NCBI GenBank assembly: GCA_046713235.1
Contig: JBKKBZ010000116.1
Coordinates: 2,742 to 66,741 of the forward strand
Direction of reading: 5' to 3'
Source of the DNA: Actinomycetota bacterium
Lineage (GTDB): Bacteria; Actinomycetota; AC-67
DNA: 64,000 nt
The position numbers and the translations under genes are program-made. Below, piece after piece: positions 54,217-63,113 of the stretch (position 1 is the stretch's first letter; every line of letters begins with the position of its first letter). Below the pieces are notes generated by a model that was given only the letters and a program-made list of their open reading frames with translations, was not told the origin of the DNA and did not search any database.

Positions 54217-55448
54217 GCGGGCGCCTCTGCTCGGCGGGCCCGGTGCAGCGTGAGGAGAACGAGCAGGAGAACACCGAACGCCAGGAACCGAGCGAAGATC
54301 GCCGCGCTGAACCAGGTGTGGCTGAGAAGACCGGCGAACTCCGGGGACCAGAAACGCGTCACGAGAACGAACACGTCGAGAGCCTGAAAGGCGATCCAGA
54401 CGCCGACGGCTCGCCCCGTGGCCGGGAGGATCAGCGCCCACAGCGGGAGCAGCCACACACCGTACTGGGGCGACCAGACCTTGTTCACCATGAGAAACCA
54501 GGCCACGAGGATGAACATGGCGCTTGCCGTCGACCGGCGGATGCCGGGCGCCGCGTCGACATCGTCGGGGCTTCGAAGGCCAAGCCACTGCCACAGCCCC
54601 AGCAGCGCGAATCCGGCCACGAACAACAGTGCGGTGTTGCGGTTGAGCTCGAGCGTCGGGATGCCGATGTGCCACACGCGATCGATGTGGTGCCAGATCG
54701 AGTCCCAGTCGGCGCCGCGTTCGGCGTTCAATCTGAAGAACTCTCGCCAGCCACGCGGAGCCCCGACCGCGACCGGGAGGTTGACGGCGAGGATCGTGAG
54801 GCCGCTCACCACCGCCAGCATCGCCGCGGCGCGCTTCCGACCTTCTCGCAGACGTTGCAATGCCAAGAACGGTAAGGCGAACGCCGGATAAAGCTTGGCT
54901 GCGGCGCCGATGCCGAGAAGCAGGCCCGCCGTTCCGTCGCGGCCGGCTGAGAACGCCAGGAGCGCAAGACACATCGGAACCACGGCAAGCAGATCCCAGC
55001 TGATGCCGCCGAGTAACAACAGTGTGGGTGCGGCCGCAAAGTAGAGCGCGCGCCGCCATCCGACCAGACGTGCCAGCGCGGCCGCGCCGCCCACTATGAG
55101 CAGTCCGAACGCCACCTGGGTCAGCCAGAAATACGCGTTGACGTTTGCTTTGGGGGCGAGCTTGGCCATCGCGTACATCCATGCCCCGGTCAGCACGGGG
55201 TACTCCATGTAGCGGCCGTCCTCGCGAACGTCGAAGTACGGCACGACGCCCTCATGGAGTCCTTCGCTGTAGTACAGCGCGTACACGTCGGTGTAGCAGA
55301 GCCGTTCCAGCGACTCTTTGAGCTCGCCGCCGGCGCGCACGCACGGGATGCGAAAGATGAATCCCAGAACGACGAGCGCGGCAGCGGCGGCCACCGGGAT
55401 CGTGACGGACCGAGCCCGGCGTGGGTCGTCCGGCTCCGGAGAGCGCAT
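54213..55448 (-). CDS. GT87/DUF2029-type membrane glycosyl(mannosyl)transferase-like protein (Rv0051-position)
   Basis: ATG 55448 of ORF 54213..56093. Contains CYTDVYALYYSEGLHEGVVPYFDV...MEYPVLTG, followed by about 10 TM segments. Confidence 0.7.
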   Translation of the reverse strand: MRSPEPDDPRRARSVTIPVAAAAALVVLGFIFRIPCVRAGGELKESLERLCYTDVYALYYSEGLHEGVVPYFDVREDGRYMEYPVLTGAWMYAMAKLAPKANVNAYFWLTQVAFGLLIVGGAAALARLVGWRRALYFAAAPTLLLLGGISWDLLAVVPMCLALLAFSAGRDGTAGLLLGIGAAAKLYPAFALPFLALQRLREGRKRAAAMLAVVSGLTILAVNLPVAVGAPRGWREFFRLNAERGADWDSIWHHIDRVWHIGIPTLELNRNTALLFVAGFALLGLWQWLGLRSPDDVDAAPGIRRSTASAMFILVAWFLMVNKVWSPQYGVWLLPLWALILPATGRAVGVWIAFQALDVFVLVTRFWSPEFAGLLSHTWFSAAIFARFLAFGVLLLVLLTLHRARRAEAPA

Positions 55449-55505
55449 GACGGGAAGCGTATCCGAGAGCGCGCGCGATGCTCGGTCCCGGGGCCGTCGG
55501 ATAGC

Positions 55506-56213
55506 ATGGCCGGCGTGAGCGACGAGCGACCGCACCCGCGGCAGATCGTTCGGTACGCGTTTTACCGGGCGGACCCGGCGTGGCGCGGCCTGCCCGCGGA
55601 CGACCGGGCAACCGCGCACAAGGAATTGGTGGAGCTCCTGCTCGACGGGCGCGACCGCTTTCCGATGCTCCGGACGTACTCCACTGTTGGGATGCGAGCC
55701 GATGCCGACATGCTGATCTGGATGGCGGCTGCCACCCTCGAGGAGGTGCAAGACTTCGAGACGGCGATGCGGGGCACGCAGATGGGACGGTATCTGTTGC
55801 CGACGCATTCGTATCTGGCGATGACCAAGCGTTCGCCGTACGAGGACCGGCTGGATCCGTCGCGCAGGCAGAGGCTTCAGGTCAAGCCGGGCCGCGCGAA
55901 GTATCTCTTCGTGTATCCGTTCGTGAAAACGCGGGCGTGGTACGCGCTGCCCTTCGCCGAGCGCCAGAAGATGATGGACGCCCACATCGAGGTCGGTCAC
56001 AAGTACCCGACGGTGAAGCTCAACACGACGTACTCGTTCGGCCTCGACGATCAAGAGTTCGTCGTGGCATTCGAGACCGACCACCCCGACCATTTTCTCG
56101 ATCTCGTGATGGAGCTACGCGAGGTGCGATCGTCGGAGTTCACTCTGCGGGACACCCCGATCTTCACCTGTATAGCGGGAGAGCCGGCAGCCGTGCTCGA
56201 CGCGATCGGCTAA
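55506..56213 (+). CDS. hemQ: coproheme decarboxylase HemQ/ChdC (chlorite dismutase family)
   Basis: ATG 55506 of ORF 55254..56213. Contains YLFVYPFVKTRAWYALPFAERQKMMDAHIEVGHKY and FGLDDQEFVVAFETD. Confidence 0.88.
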   Translation: MAGVSDERPHPRQIVRYAFYRADPAWRGLPADDRATAHKELVELLLDGRDRFPMLRTYSTVGMRADADMLIWMAAATLEEVQDFETAMRGTQMGRYLLPTHSYLAMTKRSPYEDRLDPSRRQRLQVKPGRAKYLFVYPFVKTRAWYALPFAERQKMMDAHIEVGHKYPTVKLNTTYSFGLDDQEFVVAFETDHPDHFLDLVMELREVRSSEFTLRDTPIFTCIAGEPAAVLDAIG

Positions 56214-56566
56214 TGCGTGGGGGTGGTCGCGGCGCGCAGTTCGGCGGTTGGGGCTGCGCGCAGGGTGAATCGGCAGTCGTACTCGCTCTCGAGGGAGAAG
56301 GAGTCGTTGGCCACCCCTTCGTCCACGTCCACGATCAACTCGGCGTCGCCGGCGTAGAGGTCGGCCAGCCACTTCGGCGACAAGATCGCCACGCCGTCGA
56401 TCTCTCCGACGGAGACGGCGTCGGGCTCGGGGAGGTAATGGTCGTAGAGGTACGGCGCGGTGGAGTCGCAGCAGCCGGTGCCGAGGATCATGACGAGCTC
56501 GGTGCGCCCCTCGTCGCGCACCCGTCGCACGGTAGCCGCGGCGGTCCCGGTGGTCGTGATCTTCAT
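56210..56566 (-). CDS. DUF779-family protein
   Basis: ORF 56210..56596, with preferred ATG 56566 (MKITTTGTAAATV...). Contains LVMILGTGCCDSTAPYLY, the characteristic CC motif. Confidence 0.75.
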   Translation of the reverse strand: MKITTTGTAAATVRRVRDEGRTELVMILGTGCCDSTAPYLYDHYLPEPDAVSVGEIDGVAILSPKWLADLYAGDAELIVDVDEGVANDSFSLESEYDCRFTLRAAPTAELRAATTPTH

Positions 56567-56595
56567 CTTGCCCAGTGTAGCCCGGCGGGAACACA

Positions 56596-57168
56596 TTGAC
56601 GCAGAGAGGCCGCGGGATTCTGCTGCTTGCCGCGCTTCTGGGGGCGCTGGGGTCGGGGGCGACGACAGTGTTCCTCATAGGCTCACGCAATCGCGCGATC
56701 GATCGCCTGGACGTGCTCGCCTACGAAGCGAGGGTCACCGCCGAGGTGCGTGAGATGAACGTCGTCGCCGGATCGATGCTTAACCTGGCCGATCAGATGC
56801 AGCAGCGGCGTGCGGACCCAGCACTGTTTCTGTCCAAGATGCGAGAGTTCCAGGGAACCTTGGGCCTCGTCGCGGCTCGGCTGCGCGAGATACCGCTGCC
56901 TCCTGCCGTGGGGCGGGGCTCCCCGGCGTTCCCCCCGGCTGCTGCGGAATACGCGGAAGCCGCGGATCGATTCGCCGTTGGTGCTTCGTGCTACGTCGAT
57001 GTTCCTCGAAAGGGCGGTGCGAAAATTTCATGCGCGGCCTTCAACGCCGCACGCGACCGCGCCGCGACGGCGCTGTCGCGGTATCGCGCCGCGGTGGAGG
57101 CGTTGCAAGCCGCCAGGGTGAGGCTGGATCTGGGACCGAGCCCAAATTTCGGAGATCCGCCCCGCTGA
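56596..57168 (+). CDS. hypothetical membrane-anchored/secreted protein
   Basis: ORF 56596..57168 (TTG start). N-terminal hydrophobic segment GILLLAALLGALGSGATTVFLIG. No recognisable family. Confidence 0.5.
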   Translation: MTQRGRGILLLAALLGALGSGATTVFLIGSRNRAIDRLDVLAYEARVTAEVREMNVVAGSMLNLADQMQQRRADPALFLSKMREFQGTLGLVAARLREIPLPPAVGRGSPAFPPAAAEYAEAADRFAVGASCYVDVPRKGGAKISCAAFNAARDRAATALSRYRAAVEALQAARVRLDLGPSPNFGDPPR

Positions 57169-57199
57169 CATCTCCTCGAAAGTGTGACCGTCGTGGACG

Positions 57200-57361
57200 A
57201 TGGAGCGCGCCGAAGGCGTTCCTGCGGGTCTCAACCACAATTTCTTCAGTGGCCACCGGCTGTGGCTCATCGCGGGGATCCTCGGCATCCTCTCCGTGAT
57301 CATCATCGTGATGATGGTGTGGAAGCCGGGCTCGGGCTGTGGACCGCTCTACCGCTGTTAG
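57200..57361 (+). CDS. possible small (53 aa) single-pass membrane protein
   Basis: Own reading; it falls below the ORF-track size cutoff. ATG 57200 through TAG 57359-57361 gives MERAEGVPAGLNHNFFSGHRLWLIAGILGILSVIIIVMMVWKPGSGCGPLYRC. GC3-rich codons. The RBS is weak. Confidence 0.3.
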   Translation: MERAEGVPAGLNHNFFSGHRLWLIAGILGILSVIIIVMMVWKPGSGCGPLYRC

Positions 57362-57392
57362 GGTCCGCGACCGCCGTTCCCTGAGAAAATAG

Positions 57393-58367
57393 TCAGTCCG
57401 GACCAGCGATGTTCCTGGCGCGCCCGGAGGATCTCATCGCGCGGGCGATGGCTCGCAACGCAGCGTCGGGTCCTTCGACGATGTCCGACCACGTCACGTG
57501 GATGACCAGCCAGCCCAGGGAGGTGAGCTCGTTCCGGCGCGCCAGGTCGCGGGTCCACCGAAGCCGTCCGCCGTGCCATCGAAATCCTTCGGCCTCGATC
57601 GCGATGCGCCGCTCCGGGTAGGCGAAGTCGACGACGGCGACGAGGCGGCCTCCATCCCTAATCCGATGCTGACGAATCGGATCGGGTAAGCCGACGCTTT
57701 GAAGCGCGCGCAGAACCCTGGTTTCTAACACGCTCTGGGGGACGGGGAGGCCGTCGGCGCGGGTTTCGACGAGCGAGCGAAGCAACGCCGCGCCGGCGCG
57801 CCCATTGCGCGGGGCCTGGCCCAGTTGCCACCTCATCCGCTTCAGGGATACCAGCCCCCTTCGTAGCGCATCGTCGAGAGCCTCTTCCACCGTGCGGGCA
57901 TCGGCAGCAGCCGCGACGTCGAGCAGCGTTCGTGTCGGGGTCGTCACCGGTATCGCGTCCCGAGTCGTGACGTCACCGGGCGGCAGAGAGAGTGGCCGGT
58001 GGACGGTGCCGGGACGTTTTCGGTCGCGGCCGCGCGGCACGATCAGCTCGATCGGCCCCGCCGGGAAACCAGGGAACGCCCACAGGGCGGCGGCGGCACG
58101 GTGGGACGCGACGGCTCCCGGTCCCCAGGCAAGACACGCCGCGATTAGCGCCTGGCGCCACGTCTCCGAGGATCCGGCCAGCCGGTACACGCTCTTGTGC
58201 ACCCGCTCCCAGCTACCGGTGGCAATGCGACGATGCATCATGCCGTCGCTCGCCCCCAGCTGCCGGGCCTGCATCCGGGAGAAAACCCCGTGTTGACCGG
58301 CCGCCAGCTTTGCTATCCGCCGGTCGGCGGATTCTCGTACGATCCTACGCTCGCCCGCGAACGCCAC
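57393..58367 (-). CDS. AbiEi_4-like N-terminal domain fused to a DUF559 (Vsr/restriction-endonuclease-like) domain
   Basis: ORF 57393..58367. N-terminus reads LAAGQHGVFSRMQARQLG...HRRIATGSWERVHKSVYRL. The C-terminus reads VVDFAYPERRIAIEAEGFRWHG...RDLARRNELTSLGWLVIHVTW. Confidence 0.78.
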   Translation of the reverse strand: MAFAGERRIVRESADRRIAKLAAGQHGVFSRMQARQLGASDGMMHRRIATGSWERVHKSVYRLAGSSETWRQALIAACLAWGPGAVASHRAAAALWAFPGFPAGPIELIVPRGRDRKRPGTVHRPLSLPPGDVTTRDAIPVTTPTRTLLDVAAAADARTVEEALDDALRRGLVSLKRMRWQLGQAPRNGRAGAALLRSLVETRADGLPVPQSVLETRVLRALQSVGLPDPIRQHRIRDGGRLVAVVDFAYPERRIAIEAEGFRWHGGRLRWTRDLARRNELTSLGWLVIHVTWSDIVEGPDAALRAIARAMRSSGRARNIAGPD

Positions 58368-58520
58368 TTCGTACGAGTACCACGGCAGTCGTCCGGGAGC
58401 AGCCGCTTCGGGGACCGGATCGAGACGATCGCGATCACTTTCTCGAAGTGGGCCCGGCCCGATCGTCCGAACGGAGTGAAACCGACCGAGCCCCGCCGCT
58501 CCGAGCCCGAGCCGCGCCGA

Positions 58521-60035
58521 TCACAGCCCGAGGATCTGGAACCAGAACTTCTGCTCCTTGCTCGGAAGCTGGTCTACCTGGATGTACTTCGTCTGCTGGT
58601 ACTCGCGGATGCCCCAGAGGCCGAGTTCGCGGCCGACGCCAGACTGCTTGTAGCCGCCGAACGGTCCGAAGCCGGACACCAGGTGGTAATCGTTGATCCA
58701 CACCGTGCCGGTCCTCATGCGCTTCGCCACGCCGATCGCTCGCGGGATGTCGCGTGACCACACGCCGCCGCCGAGCCCGTAGATCGAGTCGTTCGCCATG
58801 CGGATCGCGTCCTCGACGCCCTCGTAGCGGATGACCGACAGCACCGGCCCGAAGATCTCCTCCTGCGCAATTTTCATTCCGTTGTCTACTTCGCCGAAGA
58901 TCGTCGGCTTGTAGTAGTAGCCGCCCTCGTGCCCGGCAACAGTGACGGCTTCGCCGCCGGTGACCAGCTTGGCGCCTTCCTCGAGCCCGGTCCGTACGTA
59001 GCGATCGATGGTCTCGAACTGCGTGCGGTGAACGATCGGCCCCAAGTCGCTGGAGAAGTCCATTGCCGGCCCGACGGTCAGGCCCTCGGAAAGCTCCACC
59101 ATGCGGGCCACGACCTCGTCGTACAGCGACGCCGGTACGAAGCAGCGCGTCCCCGAGTGGCAGATCTGCCCCGAGTGCAGGAACGTCGCCCAGAGAGATC
59201 CCGGAATAGCGATGTCTAGGTCGGCATCCTCCAGGATGATGTTTGCGCTCTTGCCGCCGAGCTCGAGCGTGACTTTTTTCACCGTCGGAGCGGCGAGCTG
59301 CATGACGCGCCGGCCGACCTCCGTCGAACCCGTGAACGCGACCTTGTCGACGAGCGGATTAGAGGCTAGCTCCTCACCGGCCGCACCGCCGGCGCCGGGC
59401 ACAACATTCAGAACTCCCGGTGGAATGAGGTCGGACTCCGTCACGATCTTTCCGAACTCCGCGGTGGACATGGGCGTGTACGTCGCGGGCTTTACGATCA
59501 TGGAGTTACCGGCCGCGAGACCCGGCGCGACCTTCCACATCATCAAGATGAAGGGGAAGTTCCACGGAGTGATCGCCGAGCAAACGCCGTACGGCTCGCG
59601 CCGCACCATGCCCCACGCCGGCGCCGGATAGTCGATGGCCTCCACGGGCTCGTACTCGCCGAGCTTGCCGGCCATCTGCGCGGTGGCGCGCCAGTTCTCG
59701 ATGCCGAGCGGAATCGAGAACATGTTCGCCATCCGAATGGTGTGCCCGCCGTCGTGCGCCTCGATGTCGGAGAGCACGGCCTGCCTTTCCTGGAGGATGT
59801 GCCACAGCTTCACCATCCGGTCGGTGCGCTCGGCGATCGGCATCTCCGACCACACTCCCGAGTCGAAGGACGCCCGCGCGGCTTCACAGGCGCGCTTGAC
59901 GTCCTCGCGCCCGCCGCGGGCAATGCGCCCGACGACATCGCCGTCCGACGGGTCGGTGCTCTCGAACGTCGCCCCGTCTGCGGCATCGACGAACTGCCCG
60001 TCGATGAGGAGCTGATACTCGCGGATGTCCGCCAT
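58521..60035 (-). CDS. NAD(P)-dependent aldehyde dehydrogenase
   Basis: ORF 58521..60035. Contains FTGSTEVGRRV, ELGGKSANII (Glu), GQICHSGTR (Cys) and EEIFGPV. Confidence 0.93.
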   Translation of the reverse strand: MADIREYQLLIDGQFVDAADGATFESTDPSDGDVVGRIARGGREDVKRACEAARASFDSGVWSEMPIAERTDRMVKLWHILQERQAVLSDIEAHDGGHTIRMANMFSIPLGIENWRATAQMAGKLGEYEPVEAIDYPAPAWGMVRREPYGVCSAITPWNFPFILMMWKVAPGLAAGNSMIVKPATYTPMSTAEFGKIVTESDLIPPGVLNVVPGAGGAAGEELASNPLVDKVAFTGSTEVGRRVMQLAAPTVKKVTLELGGKSANIILEDADLDIAIPGSLWATFLHSGQICHSGTRCFVPASLYDEVVARMVELSEGLTVGPAMDFSSDLGPIVHRTQFETIDRYVRTGLEEGAKLVTGGEAVTVAGHEGGYYYKPTIFGEVDNGMKIAQEEIFGPVLSVIRYEGVEDAIRMANDSIYGLGGGVWSRDIPRAIGVAKRMRTGTVWINDYHLVSGFGPFGGYKQSGVGRELGLWGIREYQQTKYIQVDQLPSKEQKFWFQILGL

Positions 60036-60107
60036 GGGTGGCCTCCCGGTGCCCGGTGAAGAAGTGCTCGAATTATCGCAGCGAGGGTCTTCCGGGGACC
60101 AGCCCGG

Positions 60108-60995
60108 TCAGCCGCGCTTTGGCTTCATTCCCAGGGCCAGCAGCGCGTCGCGGAGATCCACGAGGTGTTCGGGGAACCGCTCGGCGAATGTGCGGCGGAC
60201 GCGCTGGCGGAACCCTTCCCATAGCTTCGGGCCGAGCATGGACCTCACGAACCGGCCGACGGCTTCGGTTTCCAGACCGACGATGAGGTCCTCCCGCGAC
60301 ATGCGGAAGCGGTACTCGCGCTTTTCAACCCGGACCGGCCGCAGGCCGGCGTCGCGCAGCACCGCCTCGAGCTTGGCCGGAACCGACAGCGCCTCCGCCC
60401 AGGGAGTCTCCTCTTTTATCGCGCCGCGCAGGACCTCGATGCCGACGGCTTCCTCGACGAGCTCCCGCCACGCGCGCATGAATTGGTCCTCCCCGGCAGC
60501 CCACGTCGAGACGGCGAGCCTGCCGCCGGGCCGCAGTGCGCGAAGGAGGTCGAAGAGCGCCGTGTCGAGCTTCGTGAAGTAGGGCAGGGTGAAGCATGCC
60601 ATGGCCACGTCGAACGCCCCGTCCTGCAGCGGAAGATCGAGCACCTCGGCCGCGACCACGACGAGTTCCGGCCGTGCGCGGCGAGATACCTCCAGCATTC
60701 GGACGGCCGGTTCCACGCCGATCGTCAGGCCCTCCGGCCCGGTGATGGCGGCGGCCTCCTTGGTGCCGGCCCCCGTGCCGGCTCCAATGTCGAGCACACG
60801 TTCACCGGAGCGCACCTCCGCGACGGCGAGCAGGTCGGCGGCGACCATCCTCGTGTGGGGCGCATGGGTGCGGTCGTAGTCTTCCGCGACCGCGTCGTAG
60901 GATCGCCAATCGAACCCGGTCTCGCGCTCGCGTCCCGGCGCTTCCGAAGAAGCTCGGCGGTCGCCCGGTTCTTTCCGGCCGAAGAAGCGTCTCAT
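60108..60995 (-). CDS. class I SAM-dependent methyltransferase
   Basis: ATG 60995 of ORF 60108..61400. Contains VLDIGAGTGAGT (motif I) and LRPGGRLAV. The upstream part of the long ORF is antisense to the cupredoxin gene. Confidence 0.85.
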   Translation of the reverse strand: MRRFFGRKEPGDRRASSEAPGRERETGFDWRSYDAVAEDYDRTHAPHTRMVAADLLAVAEVRSGERVLDIGAGTGAGTKEAAAITGPEGLTIGVEPAVRMLEVSRRARPELVVVAAEVLDLPLQDGAFDVAMACFTLPYFTKLDTALFDLLRALRPGGRLAVSTWAAGEDQFMRAWRELVEEAVGIEVLRGAIKEETPWAEALSVPAKLEAVLRDAGLRPVRVEKREYRFRMSREDLIVGLETEAVGRFVRSMLGPKLWEGFRQRVRRTFAERFPEHLVDLRDALLALGMKPKRG

Positions 60996-61046
60996 GCCGC
61001 CTGAGCCTACCGCGACAGGGTTTCGGGCCGCCGATATGCTCGCCGT

Positions 61047-61733
61047 GTGCGTGCGCGAATGGCTCCGGTTCTGCTCCTTGCCGTCACCTCGCTCGTGCCG
61101 GCGCAGTCGCGTGCCGTCGTCACCTGGACCGTCACGATTCGCGATTGCTCGTTCAGGCCCGATTTCCGCGCGATCGAGGTCGGCGACTCCGTGATGTGGT
61201 CCTACGACGAAGGGGACTGCAATCCGGCCAATCACCGAGTAAGAACCTTCGGTTCGCCACCGGAGTCGTTCGATTCGGGGGAATGCGACGGACCATTCAG
61301 CCCGGAGCCGTCGTGTTTGAACGATCAGCCCTTCAGGCAGGAGCGCTATCAGAAGGCCTTTCCCTCTGCCGGCACGTACAACTACTACTGTCCCATCCAC
61401 TCCGAAGTCGTCGGCTCGCGGTGCACAGGCAGCATGTGTGGTCAGATTCGTGTGGTCGCCGAACCGAGCATCTCTCCCCCGCCCCCGCCGCCACCAACCT
61501 CGCCTCCGCCGAGCCCTCGGCGCACCAGTCCGAGCCCGACGCCGTCGGGAACGGCAACCGGCACCGTCACGGCAACACCGACGGCTACGGCAACGGCCAC
61601 GATCCTCGGCCGCGGAGACGATGAACCCGGAGGCGGCGGCGGGTCCAGATGGCTCATCGCGCTCCTTGCGGTCGCCGTGCTCGGGGCAGCCGCATTCTTT
61701 GTCTGGCGCACCTACATCGCGGCCCCGGACTGA
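61047..61733 (+). CDS. Cys-rich cupredoxin-like protein with signal peptide, Pro/Thr linker and C-terminal TM anchor
   Basis: ORF 61047..61733. Signal peptide APVLLLAVTSLVPAQS. Copper-site-like NHRVRT...YYCPIHSEVVGSRCTGSM. Linker PPPPPPPTSPPPSP...TATPTATATAT. Anchor WLIALLAVAVLGAAAFFVW. Confidence 0.7.
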   Translation: MRARMAPVLLLAVTSLVPAQSRAVVTWTVTIRDCSFRPDFRAIEVGDSVMWSYDEGDCNPANHRVRTFGSPPESFDSGECDGPFSPEPSCLNDQPFRQERYQKAFPSAGTYNYYCPIHSEVVGSRCTGSMCGQIRVVAEPSISPPPPPPPTSPPPSPRRTSPSPTPSGTATGTVTATPTATATATILGRGDDEPGGGGGSRWLIALLAVAVLGAAAFFVWRTYIAAPD

Positions 61734-61753
61734 GGCGGGAATCGCCGGCCGCG

Positions 61754-62137
61754 GTGAGGTTCCGTATCATCCGCGATGTGCGCAAGGTTTCGATCCTTCC
61801 GGTGGTGGGTCTCCTGGCCGCCCTTTTCATGGCCCTGCCCGGCGGGAACTCCGGAGAGAAGGTGACGCTGCGCGAGTCCGTCTTCGCTCCGGCAAGGAAG
61901 CACGTCCAGGTTGGGGAGACCGTCTGGTTCGACAACCGGAGCCGGAACACTCACACGGCCACGTGTCGGAACTGCCCCCGCGACACCGGCGACATTCAGC
62001 CCGGCCTGGCCAAGCCGCTCACGTTCCACAAAGAGGGAGTGTTCGTCCTGCTCTGCCGGTATCACGGTGAAGCCGGGATGGTTGTGGAGATCACCGTCGG
62101 CGAGCCAACCACGTCGCCCGCTCCGATCCCGTCGTAG
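61754..62137 (+). CDS. plastocyanin/azurin-like type-1 copper protein (signal peptide)
   Basis: GTG 61754 in ORF 61649..62137; GTG 61776 is an alternative start. Ligand pattern NTHTA...LLCRYHGEAGM (H...C-x2-H-x4-M). Confidence 0.7.
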   Translation: MRFRIIRDVRKVSILPVVGLLAALFMALPGGNSGEKVTLRESVFAPARKHVQVGETVWFDNRSRNTHTATCRNCPRDTGDIQPGLAKPLTFHKEGVFVLLCRYHGEAGMVVEITVGEPTTSPAPIPS

Positions 62138-62275
62138 ACGGCAGGAGAGTGTCACACCACGCAGCTACGGTTGATCCTCGTAACCGGGTCACGGATGGAG
62201 GTCCGAGGGGTGCGATGGTATGCTTAGCCGTGCGGCGGCCCGGACCACACCGTCGGCAGAGATCTCACCCCTGTT

Positions 62276-62292
62276 CCTTCCCAAGGGGAAGG
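62276..62292 (+). promoter_or_regulatory. hairpin in the rpsF 5' leader
   Basis: CCTTCCC-aag-GGGAAGG, a 7-bp stem ending 27 nt upstream of the rpsF ATG. Confidence 0.3.
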
Positions 62293-62318
62293 GACCGTAT
62301 AGACCAGAGGAGGTGAGG

Positions 62319-62618
62319 ATGGCGGACCGGCGCCAATACGAAGTGATGCTCATCCTCGACCCGAGGGTCGAGGATGCCTCCATCCAGCAGGCGATCGAAC
62401 GGTATCTCGACGTCGTGCGCCAACGCGGTGGCGAGGTGACCAAGCTGGACCATTGGGGGCGGCGAAAGCTCTCCTTCGAGATGCAGCATCTCAAGGAGGG
62501 CTACTACGCCGTCGCCGCGGTGCTGGCGGAACCTGCTGCAATGAACGAGCTGGACCGCGTCTTGCGGCTCCAGGACGAGCTGTTTCGTCACAAGATCGTT
62601 CGACCCGGTAAGGATTAA
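62319..62618 (+). CDS. rpsF: 30S ribosomal protein S6
   Basis: ATG 62319 of ORF 62220..62618 follows GAGGAGGTGAGG. Product begins MADRRQYEVMLILDPRVED...WGRRKLSFEMQHLKEGYY. Confidence 0.95.
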   Translation: MADRRQYEVMLILDPRVEDASIQQAIERYLDVVRQRGGEVTKLDHWGRRKLSFEMQHLKEGYYAVAAVLAEPAAMNELDRVLRLQDELFRHKIVRPGKD

Positions 62619-62651
62619 TCGGAAGTCCTTCCCCGGGAGGAGGAAAGCAAG

Positions 62652-63104
62652 ATGGCGATCGGCAACTCAGTCGTGTTGGTCGGGAACCTGACCGACGACC
62701 CGGAGCTGCGTTTCACGCCCCAAGGCGTGGCCGTGGCGAACTTCCGGATGGCCGTCAATCAGCGCTTCAAAGACCAGCAGGGCAACTGGCAAGACGGCGA
62801 GACGTCGTATTTCCGTGTGAACTGCTGGAGGCAGCTCGCGGAGAACATCGCCGAGACACTGACGCGGGGCTCCCGCGCGATCGTGAGCGGGAGACTGAAA
62901 TTCCGTCAGTGGGAAACGCAGGACGGCGAGACGCGCTCGGTCGTAGAGATCGAGGCGGAAGAAGTCGGACCGTCGCTGCGCTTCGCAACGGCGAAGGTGG
63001 AGAAGGTGGCGCGGGGCGGCGGCACTGGTGGCACGCCGGCCGGCGGCGACGATTGGGACGCTTCCTCGGCGGCGACACCGCCCGCCGACGACGTTCCGTT
63101 CTAG
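62652..63104 (+). CDS. ssb: single-stranded DNA-binding protein
   Basis: ORF 62652..63104. OB fold NSVVLVGNLTDDPELRFTPQG, a Gly-rich tail and the acidic tip DDVPF. Confidence 0.95.
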   Translation: MAIGNSVVLVGNLTDDPELRFTPQGVAVANFRMAVNQRFKDQQGNWQDGETSYFRVNCWRQLAENIAETLTRGSRAIVSGRLKFRQWETQDGETRSVVEIEAEEVGPSLRFATAKVEKVARGGGTGGTPAGGDDWDASSAATPPADDVPF

Positions 63105-63113
63105 AGACGCAGT

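Noticed and set aside
54217-55182. N-terminal 322 codons of the 871-aa ORF 52567-55182
   Set aside because: This part overlaps the GT87-like gene in another frame and is Arg/Pro-rich with no TM pattern. A GTG at 54216 overlapping the upstream stop (GTGA) gives a coherent membrane protein.
55449-56093. N-terminal 215 codons of the 626-aa ORF 54213-56093
   Set aside because: It is antisense to hemQ, which has clear chlorite-dismutase-family motifs. The real start is ATG 55448 (MRSPEPDD...), just before the first TM helix.
60996-61400. Upstream extension of the methyltransferase ORF 60108-61400
   Set aside because: It is antisense to the cupredoxin gene. The SAM-methyltransferase domain begins after ATG 60995.
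62220-62318. Longer S6 ORF start at 62220
   Set aside because: The N-terminal 33 residues are not S6-like. The canonical S6 N-terminus (MADRRQYEVMLIL) starts at ATG 62319, directly after a strong GAGGAGG RBS.
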